Source: a virus (taxonomy: Duplodnaviria; Heunggongvirae; Uroviricota; Caudoviricetes). From it: 64,000 nucleotides of DNA. The DNA is taken from the IMG/VR virus record IMGVR_UViG_3300032116_000060, positions 39,086 through 103,085 of that record, one strand, 5' to 3'. The position numbers and the translations under genes were made by a program. A model generated the notes under the pieces. It was given only the letters and a program-made list of their open reading frames with translations, ran no database searches and was not told the DNA's origin. Shown here piece by piece: positions 9,423 to 20,240 of this stretch. Positions within the stretch are counted from its first letter, which is position 1, and the number at the start of each line of letters is the position of its first letter.

Positions 9423-10273
9423 ATAAATCTATTCATATTTAAAATAAGGGAATTATCGTATCCTAACCACTTGCTTTCATTAGCCAGAATTTCATTTATT
9501 TTATTTAGGGAGAGAACTCCTTCTTTAATTTTTTCCAATCGAATTATCAACCCCCCATACAAATTATTGTGGTGGGTTTGCTTTTTTAAATTTGATTCAA
9601 CAAAGTTATAGGAAAGTAAAGAGAACATCATTTCAAAATTAGTTTTTTGTTGATGGAGTTCTTCTATAATTCCAAATGAGTTTTTGTAGTAATGATGATT
9701 ACCTACCTCTTCCAACTTATTATAGGATGGAATATAATTATCAGCAAATAGCGATTGAATTAGTGCATCGAAATTCTTTTGGAATTTTTCAATTTGAACA
9801 ATAACAATCTCACAACCCTTAAAAAACCTCTTATCGTATCTAAAATTTTTAAATTCAAACATTGAGTTTTCTCTACCATTTATGTAGTTATTCCATTTAA
9901 TCAATTCCCAACTCTGTGGTAGGAGATGCATATCATCACTTTTTTCTATTGATTGCTCTAAATTATCCGCATAGGTAATGAATTCATCTAATGGAAATTG
10001 GCTATCCTTTGATTTTATATCGAATGTATTTAACCAATAGAACGAAGTTACAACTCTCTCCAAAGGATTACGAACAAAGAAATATATCTTTGGTTTTTTA
10101 TCATATACCTTTTCTATAAAATCAATATAATCTATTTCGTTATGTAATTTTAATTCATAAGGAACTCCTAAAAATGTTATTACATTTTCAATCCACCCAC
10201 AATATAATGTGCTACCAGATTTATTAAAAAATATGATTAAAACATTTAACGTCGGTAGATAAACGAATCTCAT
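9419..10273 (-). CDS. carbohydrate sulfotransferase-like protein
   Basis: FFNKSGSTL (5'-PSB) and FVRNPLERVVTSFYW (3'-PB, RNPxxRxxS) motifs. Confidence 0.55.
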   Translation of the reverse strand: MRFVYLPTLNVLIIFFNKSGSTLYCGWIENVITFLGVPYELKLHNEIDYIDFIEKVYDKKPKIYFFVRNPLERVVTSFYWLNTFDIKSKDSQFPLDEFITYADNLEQSIEKSDDMHLLPQSWELIKWNNYINGRENSMFEFKNFRYDKRFFKGCEIVIVQIEKFQKNFDALIQSLFADNYIPSYNKLEEVGNHHYYKNSFGIIEELHQQKTNFEMMFSLLSYNFVESNLKKQTHHNNLYGGLIIRLEKIKEGVLSLNKINEILANESKWLGYDNSLILNMNRFI

Positions 10274-10277
10274 TCAC

Positions 10278-11183
10278 TTAATTTAAGAATGGTAATATAG
10301 CTAATTCTTTTGCTTTGGCCTCCACCATTATATCTATATCCAATCCATAAGTATTAGGTAATTGGTTAATATAATCGGAATGGGCTTGTGGTTTTTCTTT
10401 TTGGTTGTTTTCGTGCAATGCCTTTGATTCAGAATAATGAACCTCTTGTCGAATTCCATTAGGCCATGTGGTTGCAGCTAATCGAAGAGCCTGTTCTTCC
10501 GAAAGGTCTCCGGTACAAAATTGGTGATGATGATAATCAAATACAATAGGAATGCCGGTATTTTGATGGATATACATTAGGTCTTTAACTGAATACATTG
10601 AAGCCTTATCATCGTTCTCCACTGTCAATCTTTTCCTAACTGATGGGGAACATCTCTTAAAGTTTTCTATGAATCTATCCATTGCACTTTGCTTATCGCC
10701 ATATACACCATTACAATGTATGTTGATGTTGTTGTAGTGAGTTTTAGATAAACCCATCATATCAAATATAGTAGCATGCAATTCTAAATCTCTAATCGCA
10801 TTACTCACTACGGTTTCATTAGGTGAAGTAAGAACAACAAATGGGCCTGGATGGGAGTTGATTCTCATACCCCAAAACTTAGCAAAATCACCTGCCTTCT
10901 TTAACTCACTCTTAATCTCTTTGTAATCTTTAAGTTGTGTTATATCAATATGGTCACCCCACGGAATGATAGTGGATGATAGACGGAATAACATAATTCC
11001 ATTTAATCTATTCCACTCTAAAATCTTTATTATATCCTTTGAGTTAGCCAATGCCAAATCGGATACATAATCTAACCCCCTCGCCTCAAAAGTTCTCTTA
11101 ATCATTGCACGATTGGTAGTAACCTTTTTACCCATACTCATATTGATACAGGCATATCCTAAATTTGGTTTGTTTTCTCTCAT
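10278..11183 (-). CDS. uvdE: UV damage endonuclease UvdE
   Basis: 301 aa; UvdE-like blocks NSHPGPF, TVENDDK, FDYHHHQF, HSDYI, IDIMVEAKAKE. Confidence 0.75.
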   Translation of the reverse strand: MRENKPNLGYACINMSMGKKVTTNRAMIKRTFEARGLDYVSDLALANSKDIIKILEWNRLNGIMLFRLSSTIIPWGDHIDITQLKDYKEIKSELKKAGDFAKFWGMRINSHPGPFVVLTSPNETVVSNAIRDLELHATIFDMMGLSKTHYNNINIHCNGVYGDKQSAMDRFIENFKRCSPSVRKRLTVENDDKASMYSVKDLMYIHQNTGIPIVFDYHHHQFCTGDLSEEQALRLAATTWPNGIRQEVHYSESKALHENNQKEKPQAHSDYINQLPNTYGLDIDIMVEAKAKELAILPFLN

Positions 11184-11185
11184 AA

Positions 11186-11204
11186 TACAAATATACGAAA
11201 AAAG
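11186..11204 (-). promoter_or_regulatory. class-A promoter box abutting the uvdE start (leaderless-type spacing)
   Basis: TACAAATATACGAAAAAAG, 3 nt from the ATG. Confidence 0.4.
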
Positions 11205-11221
11205 AATGGATTTAACAAATC

Positions 11222-11794
11222 TTATTTGGAATTTAGGTCTGATTTCACATCCTCTTTAACCTTTTCCAAATAAACTAATCTTTCATTATGTGAAACAAAT
11301 GGAACACTCCAAAATTGACGAGTTTTTGTTTTAAACCAACCGAATACAAATGAATATACACCCATTACCAATCGTAACTTAACTGAATTAAGATACATCG
11401 TTAATACAGGTAGTGCAGGTGCTCCATGCGTTAGATATGTTCTTACCTTTTTATCTTTCAACAGTGGAATCGGAACACCATATTTCTTTGTTATGGGTTT
11501 AAACTTATAGGCAAAACCAGGTGTAAAGACCTGGTCAAAAAATGATTCCAAAGCAGGAGTACATCTAAACCACCAAACAGGTGAAATAAAATATATCCTA
11601 TCTGCCCAACTTACTAATCTCTTATATTCTTCAACCTTTTGTGCTTCGAATTTAAAAGTTACATTTTGTTTGTAAAGGTCTAATATGTGTATGTCCTCTT
11701 TGTTTTCCCTTAAAGTCTTTTCAATGGTTTTCATAATACCATTGTAACAAAAACTACCTTTATCGGGATGGGATACTACGATTAAGTTTTTCAT
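11222..11794 (-). CDS. flavodoxin-like NAD(P)H-dependent oxidoreductase (NQO/azoreductase-like)
   Basis: 190 aa; N-terminal KNLIVVSHPDKGSF flavodoxin-like fold signature. Confidence 0.5.
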   Translation of the reverse strand: MKNLIVVSHPDKGSFCYNGIMKTIEKTLRENKEDIHILDLYKQNVTFKFEAQKVEEYKRLVSWADRIYFISPVWWFRCTPALESFFDQVFTPGFAYKFKPITKKYGVPIPLLKDKKVRTYLTHGAPALPVLTMYLNSVKLRLVMGVYSFVFGWFKTKTRQFWSVPFVSHNERLVYLEKVKEDVKSDLNSK

Positions 11795-12167
11795 TTTTTA
11801 CTATATAATTTGTATCATAGGCCTTTACCGACGGTAGCCCACTATATTCACAAAATGCTTCATCTCTATGTCTTTTAAGTTCTTCTTTCGCATCTTCGGA
11901 AAAGTATATACCATCACTTTCCATATCAGCGATAGTTCTATGCATTGCCTTATAAATAACCTCCTTATCTTTCTTCGGAACTTTCTGGTCATCAAATAAT
12001 CGTGCCATCAAAACGAATAGGGCTTCTCTACCATATTTTTTTTCATTTGGGTCTGGATTATACCCCTCTCTACCCATTCGGCTAAACTCTCTATACATTG
12101 TAACGCCAAATACAATGAATAGGGTTGCTACAATAGATGTTAGAATGTATATATCTAAATTTTCCAT
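11760..12167 (-). CDS. membrane-anchored hypothetical protein
   Basis: 135 aa with an N-terminal TM helix. Confidence 0.5.
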   Translation of the reverse strand: MENLDIYILTSIVATLFIVFGVTMYREFSRMGREGYNPDPNEKKYGREALFVLMARLFDDQKVPKKDKEVIYKAMHRTIADMESDGIYFSEDAKEELKRHRDEAFCEYSGLPSVKAYDTNYIVKNEKLNRSIPSR

Positions 12168-12168
12168 C

Positions 12169-12345
12169 TTACTTTTTTGTTTTGTTGGTTACATAATTTA
12201 ACAAGCCTATAATAGTAGGTGGCCACAATCCAATAAAGATTGCTTTGTTTACATTATTTTCAATGAGGTAGTAATACTCCGATACGAAGATTAATACGAT
12301 TGAGATTGCTAAGATTAATAGCTCCGATGTTTTAAAGTTTTTCAT
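12169..12345 (-). CDS. small membrane protein
   Basis: 58-aa ORF (below the ORF-track cutoff); ATG 12343-12345, stop 12169-12171; abuts the next gene. Confidence 0.35.
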   Translation of the reverse strand: MKNFKTSELLILAISIVLIFVSEYYYLIENNVNKAIFIGLWPPTIIGLLNYVTNKTKK

Positions 12346-12351
12346 TTTTGT

Positions 12352-12525
12352 TTAATTTTTATCAATAAGTGCATCAACTAATACATACCCAAACACCATA
12401 ATACCAATGGGTAGATTTACCGAGTATCCAAACGATACCGCTAATCCTAATCCTATTACTAATCTTATGGCCTTTAACCCATCTTTAAGGGTTCTTTTAT
12501 ACCAATAATCAAAATATGGTTTCAT
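12352..12525 (-). CDS. small membrane protein
   Basis: 57-aa ORF; ATG at 12523-12525, 20 nt downstream of the class-A promoter box. Confidence 0.35.
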   Translation of the reverse strand: MKPYFDYWYKRTLKDGLKAIRLVIGLGLAVSFGYSVNLPIGIMVFGYVLVDALIDKN

Positions 12526-12542
12526 TTAATAATTTTTAGTTA

Positions 12543-12577
12543 TTACAAATATACGAAAAAAGGCTTGAATTACCAAG
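12543..12577 (-). promoter_or_regulatory. class-A intergenic unit: hairpin GGCTTGGTAATTCAAGCC + T6 + CGTATATTTG (Bacteroidota-type -7 TAnnTTTG) on the coding strand; doubles as the groL terminator
   Basis: read on minus strand: GGCTTGGTAATTCAAGCC TTTTTT CGTATATTTG; about 20 nt upstream of the next ATG. Confidence 0.5.
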
Positions 12578-12610
12578 CCTTTTCCCTATTATTTTACCTA
12601 TTTTTAAGGT

Positions 12611-14257
<1,647 letters not shown>

Positions 14258-14263
14258 TTAATT

Positions 14264-14539
14264 TTAAAGGATTACAAAAATATCGGATTCTTTTAATAGA
14301 AGGTATTTCTCACCTTCAATTTCAATTTCAGTTCCACCATATTTTCCGAATAGAACTGTATCACCTACTTTAACGGTTAATGGTTCATCTACTTTCCCAT
14401 TACCAATTGCAACTACTTCACCCCTTTGTGGTTTTTCTTGTGCGGTATCGGGAATGATAATACCTCCTGCGGTTTTCTCCGCCTTTTCCTCAGGTTTTAC
14501 AATAACCCTGTCGTGTAATGGTTTTACATTTACGCTCAT
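14264..14539 (-). CDS. groS: co-chaperonin GroES (Cpn10)
   Basis: 91 aa; mobile loop and GD motifs; immediately upstream of groL. Confidence 0.9.
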   Translation of the reverse strand: MSVNVKPLHDRVIVKPEEKAEKTAGGIIIPDTAQEKPQRGEVVAIGNGKVDEPLTVKVGDTVLFGKYGGTEIEIEGEKYLLLKESDIFVIL

Positions 14540-14605
14540 AATTTATTTTATTTTTTAGTTTTACTTTATATTACAACTGTCATACCATCAACATATTATT
14601 GACAA

Positions 14606-14622
14606 ATTGTCAGCTGTTTTGA
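14606..14622. promoter_or_regulatory. inverted repeat TTGACAAATTGTCAG between the promoter box and groES (candidate heat-shock or other operator)
   Basis: TGACAA-A-TTGTCA palindrome in the 5' leader of groES. Confidence 0.3.
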
Positions 14623-14629
14623 AATGTGA

Positions 14630-14649
14630 ATACAAATATACGAAAAAAA
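14630..14649 (-). promoter_or_regulatory. class-A promoter box upstream of groES-groL
   Basis: TACAAATATACGAAAAAAA on the plus strand = TTTTTTTCGTATATTTGTA on the coding strand; a TTTG sits about 21 nt upstream. Confidence 0.45.
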
Positions 14650-14656
14650 TATGAAA

Positions 14657-15103
14657 TTACAAAGGAATATTTTCAGTATATGCTTCTAGTATCTCCTCAC
14701 CCTTTTTGATGTCTCTTAAAGCGATTCCATCATTTGAAATGTTTGTATCACCAAAGTTAGGATATGCACTATTACAAAAACAAAATGAATTGTAGAAAAA
14801 ATTCAGTCCATTAAATAATCTAACTATCTTAAACCCATCTACTCTACTAATATAATGTTTATCTATTTGGGATTGAACCTCTTCCGGCAGTTCTCTAAAT
14901 CTTTTATTTTCTATTATGTAAAGTCCCGTTGGGTGTTCCCATTGTGGAAAAACTTCTTCTCCTGCTAATATATCTCTAATAGCAAAAACACCAATTCCAT
15001 CAATAGGAGAATGGCGTATTTCAGTTTTTATATTATGTTTAAAGTGATGAAGTAATAACTCCATCTGAACCTCTCTACTTCGTTTTTCCATATTCCTTTT
15101 CAC
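14657..15103 (-). CDS. SET-domain protein (putative lysine methyltransferase)
   Basis: N-SET-like GIGVFAIRDILAGEEV and post-SET-like IALRDIKKGEEILEAY blocks; Cys-rich stretch. Confidence 0.45.
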   Translation of the reverse strand: MKRNMEKRSREVQMELLLHHFKHNIKTEIRHSPIDGIGVFAIRDILAGEEVFPQWEHPTGLYIIENKRFRELPEEVQSQIDKHYISRVDGFKIVRLFNGLNFFYNSFCFCNSAYPNFGDTNISNDGIALRDIKKGEEILEAYTENIPL

Positions 15104-15299
15104 CGACTAATTGATAGGCCTTCCATAGATTATGCTGTGCCTTTTCTAATTTCTTCACTATATCAGAATGGTATATGGTTAAAGGATGGTCTAATAAATG
15201 GTCTTGCACATTCATCATTACAATATGAATTCTATCCATTAACTCTAAATAATGGCCATCATTAATTTCCGAATTCTTTTTTTGTTTCTTTGATGACAT
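15075..15299 (-). CDS. hypothetical protein
   Basis: 74-aa ORF. Confidence 0.45.
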   Translation of the reverse strand: MSSKKQKKNSEINDGHYLELMDRIHIVMMNVQDHLLDHPLTIYHSDIVKKLEKAQHNLWKAYQLVGEKEYGKTK

Positions 15300-15431
15300 C
15301 TGATACTGATTTAGTTGGTTCTTCTTTCATATTTCTTAATGCCCTAATGATGAATTCACTTATCTTACTCTTCTTATCTAATTTTTTTACTAACTCATTT
15401 AGAGTATCCAAATCCTCATAAAATTTGCCCA

Positions 15432-15689
15432 TTATATACCAGTTGATTTTAGCTTTTGATTTTGTATAAATGATTCATATTGAACTTTATCTAATCCCCC
15501 ATCAAAATCATTAAATAGTAAATAGATTTTACCATCTAAACCAACTTCAATTGCTGAGAATCCAAATCCTTCACATATAATTGGTTTATAATAACCTCTC
15601 GGAATACTTTCTGCTTCAGCTACTATATCAAAATCCCACGGAAATCCCGAATCATAAATTTCTGCCCATTGTTTACTAAATTCTGCCAT
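15432..15689 (-). CDS. hypothetical protein
   Basis: 85-aa ORF. Confidence 0.5.
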   Translation of the reverse strand: MAEFSKQWAEIYDSGFPWDFDIVAEAESIPRGYYKPIICEGFGFSAIEVGLDGKIYLLFNDFDGGLDKVQYESFIQNQKLKSTGI

Positions 15690-15690
15690 A

Positions 15691-16203
15691 TTAATATTGA
15701 ATTAAACTATATACGAGCTTGCCACCAATTTTGATTTCAGAATGTAAGTAAGTTAAATCTATTAAGGTAACTGCCCCAATTACTTTATATCCTGCATTAT
15801 TTAATAACTTTTCAGCTGCTATTAATGTACCCCCTGTTGCCAACACATCATCTACAATAATTACTTTATTGAATTTATCCTCACATTCTTTTACTTCTAG
15901 CATTTCAGTTCCATATTCTTTGGTGGAGAATGTTGCAACTTTTGGTGGCGGGAGTTTACCTTCTTTACGAATGGGAATGAATCCTTCTCCATTCAAAGCT
16001 GCAATTGCTGAACCGAATATAAAACCCCTACTTTCAATACCTGCTATATTTACGATTCCAAATTTATCATCTATCAAAACTGAAAGGTCATCTATTACTG
16101 ATGAAAATGCTTTTTGTGATGCTAATAGTGGTGTGATGTCTTTGAAAATGATATCCTTTTTTGGAAAATCACTTACATCTCTAATGTATTCTTTGTAATC
16201 CAT
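15691..16203 (-). CDS. apt: adenine phosphoribosyltransferase
   Basis: 170 aa; type I PRTase PRPP-binding motif VIIVDDVLATGGT and APRT-like N-terminus. Confidence 0.8.
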   Translation of the reverse strand: MDYKEYIRDVSDFPKKDIIFKDITPLLASQKAFSSVIDDLSVLIDDKFGIVNIAGIESRGFIFGSAIAALNGEGFIPIRKEGKLPPPKVATFSTKEYGTEMLEVKECEDKFNKVIIVDDVLATGGTLIAAEKLLNNAGYKVIGAVTLIDLTYLHSEIKIGGKLVYSLIQY

Positions 16204-16757
16204 TATAATTTGAAGTTTGGTAGCTTTTTGTCTTTATCGGAAACCTTTGCCAATCGATTATCGAATCCCCAATCTATATTGAGTGTAGGGTCGTTGTAAA
16301 CAATTCCACCTTCCGAATCCTTGTTATAATAATTATCAACTTTGTAATTAAAAACCGCTTCCGCTGATAAAACTGAAAATCCATGTCCACATCCTTTCGG
16401 AACAAATACCATTCTACCATTCTTATCACTCAAATCTATTGTAATATGCTTACCATAGGTTTCCGAATCATGTCTCAAATCCACAATTACATCTCTCACT
16501 AATCCATAAGAACATCTTACTAATTTCGATTGTGCCCATTCTCCTTGCTGAAAATGAATACCCCTAACCACTTTTTGAGTTGAAAACGATTCATTATCTT
16601 GTACAAACTCTATACTTTGTCCGGTGGTAATCTTAATTGCTTCTTCTAAAACCTCCTTAACGAATGGTGTAGAAAAATACCCCCTCTCATCCTTAAACAC
16701 ATCAGGCTTAATGATTAGACAATCTTTGATTTTAGTTTTTTCAATCTTATATGTCAT
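16203..16757 (-). CDS. dTDP-4-dehydrorhamnose 3,5-epimerase-like cupin (RmlC family)
   Basis: 184 aa; RmlC-like blocks (DERGYF, RGIHFQ, GxAHGF). Confidence 0.7.
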   Translation of the reverse strand: MTYKIEKTKIKDCLIIKPDVFKDERGYFSTPFVKEVLEEAIKITTGQSIEFVQDNESFSTQKVVRGIHFQQGEWAQSKLVRCSYGLVRDVIVDLRHDSETYGKHITIDLSDKNGRMVFVPKGCGHGFSVLSAEAVFNYKVDNYYNKDSEGGIVYNDPTLNIDWGFDNRLAKVSDKDKKLPNFKL

Positions 16758-16773
16758 AACACTCTTTTTATTT

Positions 16774-16916
16774 GGCTGTAGTGATGGGATTCGAACACCA
16801 TACGAGGTCTTTAGCCATAGAACATTGCCGGCATTGTGGTCAACCCATTATTCTACGTTTATCAGATGCTCCTCACCTCCGAGACAGGAAGGCTTGTCTG
16901 CCAATTTCAACACACT
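16774..16916 (-). other. atypical tRNA-like element (T-arm/acceptor 3' half recognisable; 5' partner about 140 nt away)
   Basis: GGATTCGAAC T-arm-like sequence with encoded CCA at 16774-16776; acceptor partner CACTACA at 16910-16916; internal hairpins; no canonical cloverleaf. Confidence 0.2.
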
Positions 16917-16924
16917 ACAATATG

Positions 16925-17012
16925 CGGAGAGAGTAGGATTCGAACCCACGGAACAGTTTCCCGTTCTCTTGATTTCAAGTCAAGTGCGATAGACCAACTC
17001 TGCCATCTCTCC
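16925..17012 (-). tRNA. tRNA-Ser(TGA)
   Basis: hand-folded: 7-bp acceptor GGAGAGA, T-loop UUCGAAU, long variable arm, anticodon loop CUUGAAA. Confidence 0.6.
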
Positions 17013-17017
17013 TAAAT

Positions 17018-17275
17018 TTAAAGAATTTCTTCTTTCTTCCAATCTTTTGTATCTAATGTAGTTTGGTTTCTTCTAGCTTCTTCAGCCTCCTTATATACCC
17101 TTATCCAAGTTAAGAATATATCTATTGGAGCTAGTATCCAACACATAATTAACAATGCAATAGAATCTAAGCCAGGTGATATACCCAATCCACCAGCTCT
17201 TACATCTCTATTCCATTTACGAATTGACATTATAACACAATAGATGAAACAAATTACATAATAAGTTAAAAACAT
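17018..17275 (-). CDS. small membrane protein
   Basis: 85 aa, two TM helices. Confidence 0.45.
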   Translation of the reverse strand: MFLTYYVICFIYCVIMSIRKWNRDVRAGGLGISPGLDSIALLIMCWILAPIDIFLTWIRVYKEAEEARRNQTTLDTKDWKKEEIL

Positions 17276-17277
17276 AA

Positions 17278-17697
17278 TTAATGATGTTTTTTGTGATTAT
17301 CAAATATTGGAAACTTAACTCCAAATGTTTTAAGTTCTTTATCGCTAGATATGTTATAAGTTAAAAGAACTGGACTATGTTTAAATGGTTTTACATCTAC
17401 TCCAACCATAGCCATAGTTTTGTGATTAACCATATAACAGGCTGATAACATAACTCCCAATCGGTTTTGTTTAAATCCATATCTTCCACCGACCATAGCG
17501 ATATCATACCCACCAATAGTTTTTGTGTAAGAAATGTGAGTTGCTACATTCTTTGTAATATGTTGCATTGCCTCAACTTCAATAAACCCTTTATCCTTTC
17601 CATGTAGATTAAGATTACCACCTGTAATCGAAATCATTTGAGCCTTTGTAGTTGCGGAAAGAGATACAACAAAAAGGAATGTTAAAAAATGTTTCAT
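17278..17697 (-). CDS. secreted small beta-barrel-like (OMP-like) protein
   Basis: signal peptide MKHFLTFLFVVSLSATTKAQ; alternating hydrophobic beta pattern. Confidence 0.5.
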   Translation of the reverse strand: MKHFLTFLFVVSLSATTKAQMISITGGNLNLHGKDKGFIEVEAMQHITKNVATHISYTKTIGGYDIAMVGGRYGFKQNRLGVMLSACYMVNHKTMAMVGVDVKPFKHSPVLLTYNISSDKELKTFGVKFPIFDNHKKHH

Positions 17698-17926
17698 AAT
17701 TATTTGTTTGTTTTAAAGGTTGAGTTTGTGAGGAAAGATTCCAATTTAGAGGATATCCAGGTTCATAGAGTTTTGATTGTTTTGAAATCGCCGACAAGAG
17801 ACCCTAATATAGTTGAAGTTTGTTAAGTATTCATTATCTTATTCGTTTATCCGCTATTTGGCATCATAGTTGCTTTGTAAGAATATACTAGTAAATTAGT
17901 TTCTATTCCCCACTCACTCAATATTT

Positions 17927-18355
17927 TTAGATTTGAGTTGTTGCATTATGCACATCTAATTCATTTTGCAATCCCTCAATTTGAGTTTCCAATATCGAAA
18001 CCGCTGAATCAATATCGGTTACATTTAATTCTACTTCTTTTACTGAAATGATACTTCCGTATCTTTCATTTACTTTACCTTCTTCGGTTGAAACTTTCTT
18101 CAACTCCTTAATCATCCCCTTCAATTCTGCCAATGCAAAGATTTTATCATACACCGGTTGATTTGCTTTGTGGATTTTGGTTTTCAATTCTACTAACTCT
18201 GCTTGTAGAGTTTTGATTTTTTCCAAAGTATTCGCCATAGAGTATCTACGAGGATTACCTTCTTCGATTGAGTTAAACTTTTGAAGAATGCCATAAGCAA
18301 CCTTCATTTCGGTAACCAATTTGTTTTTTTGTTTTAATGCCTGTTTTACGTTCAT
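17927..18355 (-). CDS. coiled-coil protein
   Basis: 142-aa heptad-rich ORF. Confidence 0.5.
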   Translation of the reverse strand: MNVKQALKQKNKLVTEMKVAYGILQKFNSIEEGNPRRYSMANTLEKIKTLQAELVELKTKIHKANQPVYDKIFALAELKGMIKELKKVSTEEGKVNERYGSIISVKEVELNVTDIDSAVSILETQIEGLQNELDVHNATTQI

Positions 18356-18413
18356 CTTTTATGAATTTATTTTTACAAATATACCGCTATTATTTTAATT
18401 TTCCAAATTTATT

Positions 18414-19553
18414 TTAATGTGAATCACCTACATTATGTTTTTCAGCGAAAATTAAATAGTCAGGGTTGATTACCTTTGCTATCTTCTCTCTACCTTTAGA
18501 TTGATGTTTGATTACAATACCCTCCTCTGGCACTTTAGTACCTTTGATGTAATTATTGAATACATACTTATCTTGCACTTCTTGTGACCATCTACCATAG
18601 TATAATTGTTCAACATAAGGTAATTCTAAAATATGTTCGATTAATAATTTTGAATTAATTGGGTCTAAATACTCACCTTCCTCCTTTACATCGAATCCTA
18701 CGAACTCAATTTCTTTCAACCCATAATCATATCCCTTTTGGATTCCGGCTCCATAAATCTCACCGTATAAGGTAATACCATCTCCAATTATATCATAATC
18801 GGATGATTTTACATAATCCCACAACTTTTGTTTGATGTTATATTTCTTTTCGATTTCATACCAAACATTAGTATCATAGAATCCATTAGAATCTGAGCCT
18901 TTCTCTACGTTATGAGAACCCACTACGAATTCGTATTCAGCCCATTTCCATTCCGGCTTAACCTTTTTAGCCAATGAGATTTTTAATCTATCCCAAATAG
19001 TTAATTTAGCTTTCTTAACAATACCATAACGGGCATTAGTTCCGTGAATCTTACGAGTGATTTCAACTGTATCCTCTTCGGTGAACATATTAGGCACATT
19101 CTTTAAATTAGGGAATTTGTAATAGACATGGAAGTTTGGATTGTCTTGATAACGAATTTTCTTACCCCCTGCTAATTGTACCATCTTTACAGGTGGTTCA
19201 TATTTGTAAATATCCATTACCTTCATCATATCCTTACCTTCATAGTAATTTTCCATAAAAGGAATATGTTGGATTGGAATGATTAAACATTCTGAATAAA
19301 CACCTCTTAATTTAACGGTTCTAACTCTACCACCTTTTCGTAAGTAGTTAGTAACACCCATCTTTTCAGATAATTCAAATGGAACAATAGCATCGGTTGT
19401 AGCAACCATTACTAAGTCTCCTATTTTTTGCTCACCTTTTTTAGTGATACAATTCCAACCACCAACTACTGCTAATTCAATGTTATCAGCTCCTTCGATT
19501 GGGTTAATCTCATTGATTGCTGCAATGTAGCAAACTGAATTATTATTTTCCAT
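18414..19553 (-). CDS. ATP-dependent RNA ligase-like protein (N-terminal OB fold + nucleotidyltransferase domain)
   Basis: motif I-like KIHGTN, motif IV-like EGIVIK, C-terminal KxxK; OB/tRNA-binding-like N-terminus INPIEGADNIELAVVGGW. Confidence 0.55.
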   Translation of the reverse strand: MENNNSVCYIAAINEINPIEGADNIELAVVGGWNCITKKGEQKIGDLVMVATTDAIVPFELSEKMGVTNYLRKGGRVRTVKLRGVYSECLIIPIQHIPFMENYYEGKDMMKVMDIYKYEPPVKMVQLAGGKKIRYQDNPNFHVYYKFPNLKNVPNMFTEEDTVEITRKIHGTNARYGIVKKAKLTIWDRLKISLAKKVKPEWKWAEYEFVVGSHNVEKGSDSNGFYDTNVWYEIEKKYNIKQKLWDYVKSSDYDIIGDGITLYGEIYGAGIQKGYDYGLKEIEFVGFDVKEEGEYLDPINSKLLIEHILELPYVEQLYYGRWSQEVQDKYVFNNYIKGTKVPEEGIVIKHQSKGREKIAKVINPDYLIFAEKHNVGDSH

Positions 19554-19557
19554 ATCT

Positions 19558-19974
19558 TTATAATTTTACTTCAAATCGATTTTTCATTTGTTCTAACTTA
19601 TCAGTAGGAACTCCGTGCTGATTTACTCCACCATGTCTATTTTCCATAATCAAAGTGAATACCTTATACCCATACTTTTCTGCTAACTTAAAGTATTCAT
19701 CCATTTCCCACTCTTGTGTAAATGTATTTGATACTACAATTTCAGGATAGTATTGTGGTTTTGCTTCGTTATCTTTCATACGAATTTCCACTTGCTCTCT
19801 ACACCATTGATGTGCTTGCTTTATCTTACTACCATCAAAGTTGTAATTACCTTCTTTATCATAGAAGAATTTATCAGCTTCACATATTGCATAGTCATTC
19901 CATACAAAATTAGCAAATGTACTTTTACCACTTCCTGGTAATCCTCTTAATAACACTAATGTTTTTGGTATCAT
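19558..19974 (-). CDS. P-loop polynucleotide kinase-like protein
   Basis: Walker A LLRGLPGSGKST; size and position match a Pnk kinase domain. Confidence 0.6.
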   Translation of the reverse strand: MIPKTLVLLRGLPGSGKSTFANFVWNDYAICEADKFFYDKEGNYNFDGSKIKQAHQWCREQVEIRMKDNEAKPQYYPEIVVSNTFTQEWEMDEYFKLAEKYGYKVFTLIMENRHGGVNQHGVPTDKLEQMKNRFEVKL

Positions 19975-19977
19975 AAT

Positions 19978-20235
19978 TTATTTTATTAATTCAAATACAT
20001 GCCATACAAAATATCCATCCATATAGGTTGTGATATATTTCATATTATCTTCAACCTGCCACCCAGTACCTACAATACAAATATGCCTTTCTTCCGATTC
20101 GGATGTATTAGGATTTACCAAAGCCCAAAGAGTTGGCATTTGATTTTGTAATTTCACCGTTAGAAGTTCTGAACCTTTAGGTAATTGTAAAGTACAATCC
20201 TGTGAATCTAATGTGTATTTATAAATTGTTTTCAT
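19978..20235 (-). CDS. hypothetical protein
   Basis: 85-aa ORF between the phosphoesterase and kinase genes. Confidence 0.5.
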   Translation of the reverse strand: MKTIYKYTLDSQDCTLQLPKGSELLTVKLQNQMPTLWALVNPNTSESEERHICIVGTGWQVEDNMKYITTYMDGYFVWHVFELIK

Positions 20236-20240
20236 AATTT

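Noticed and set aside
16774-16916. Canonical tRNA at the GGATTCGAAC site
   Set aside because: The acceptor partner lies about 140 nt away and no D or anticodon arms fold. It is kept only as an atypical tRNA-like element
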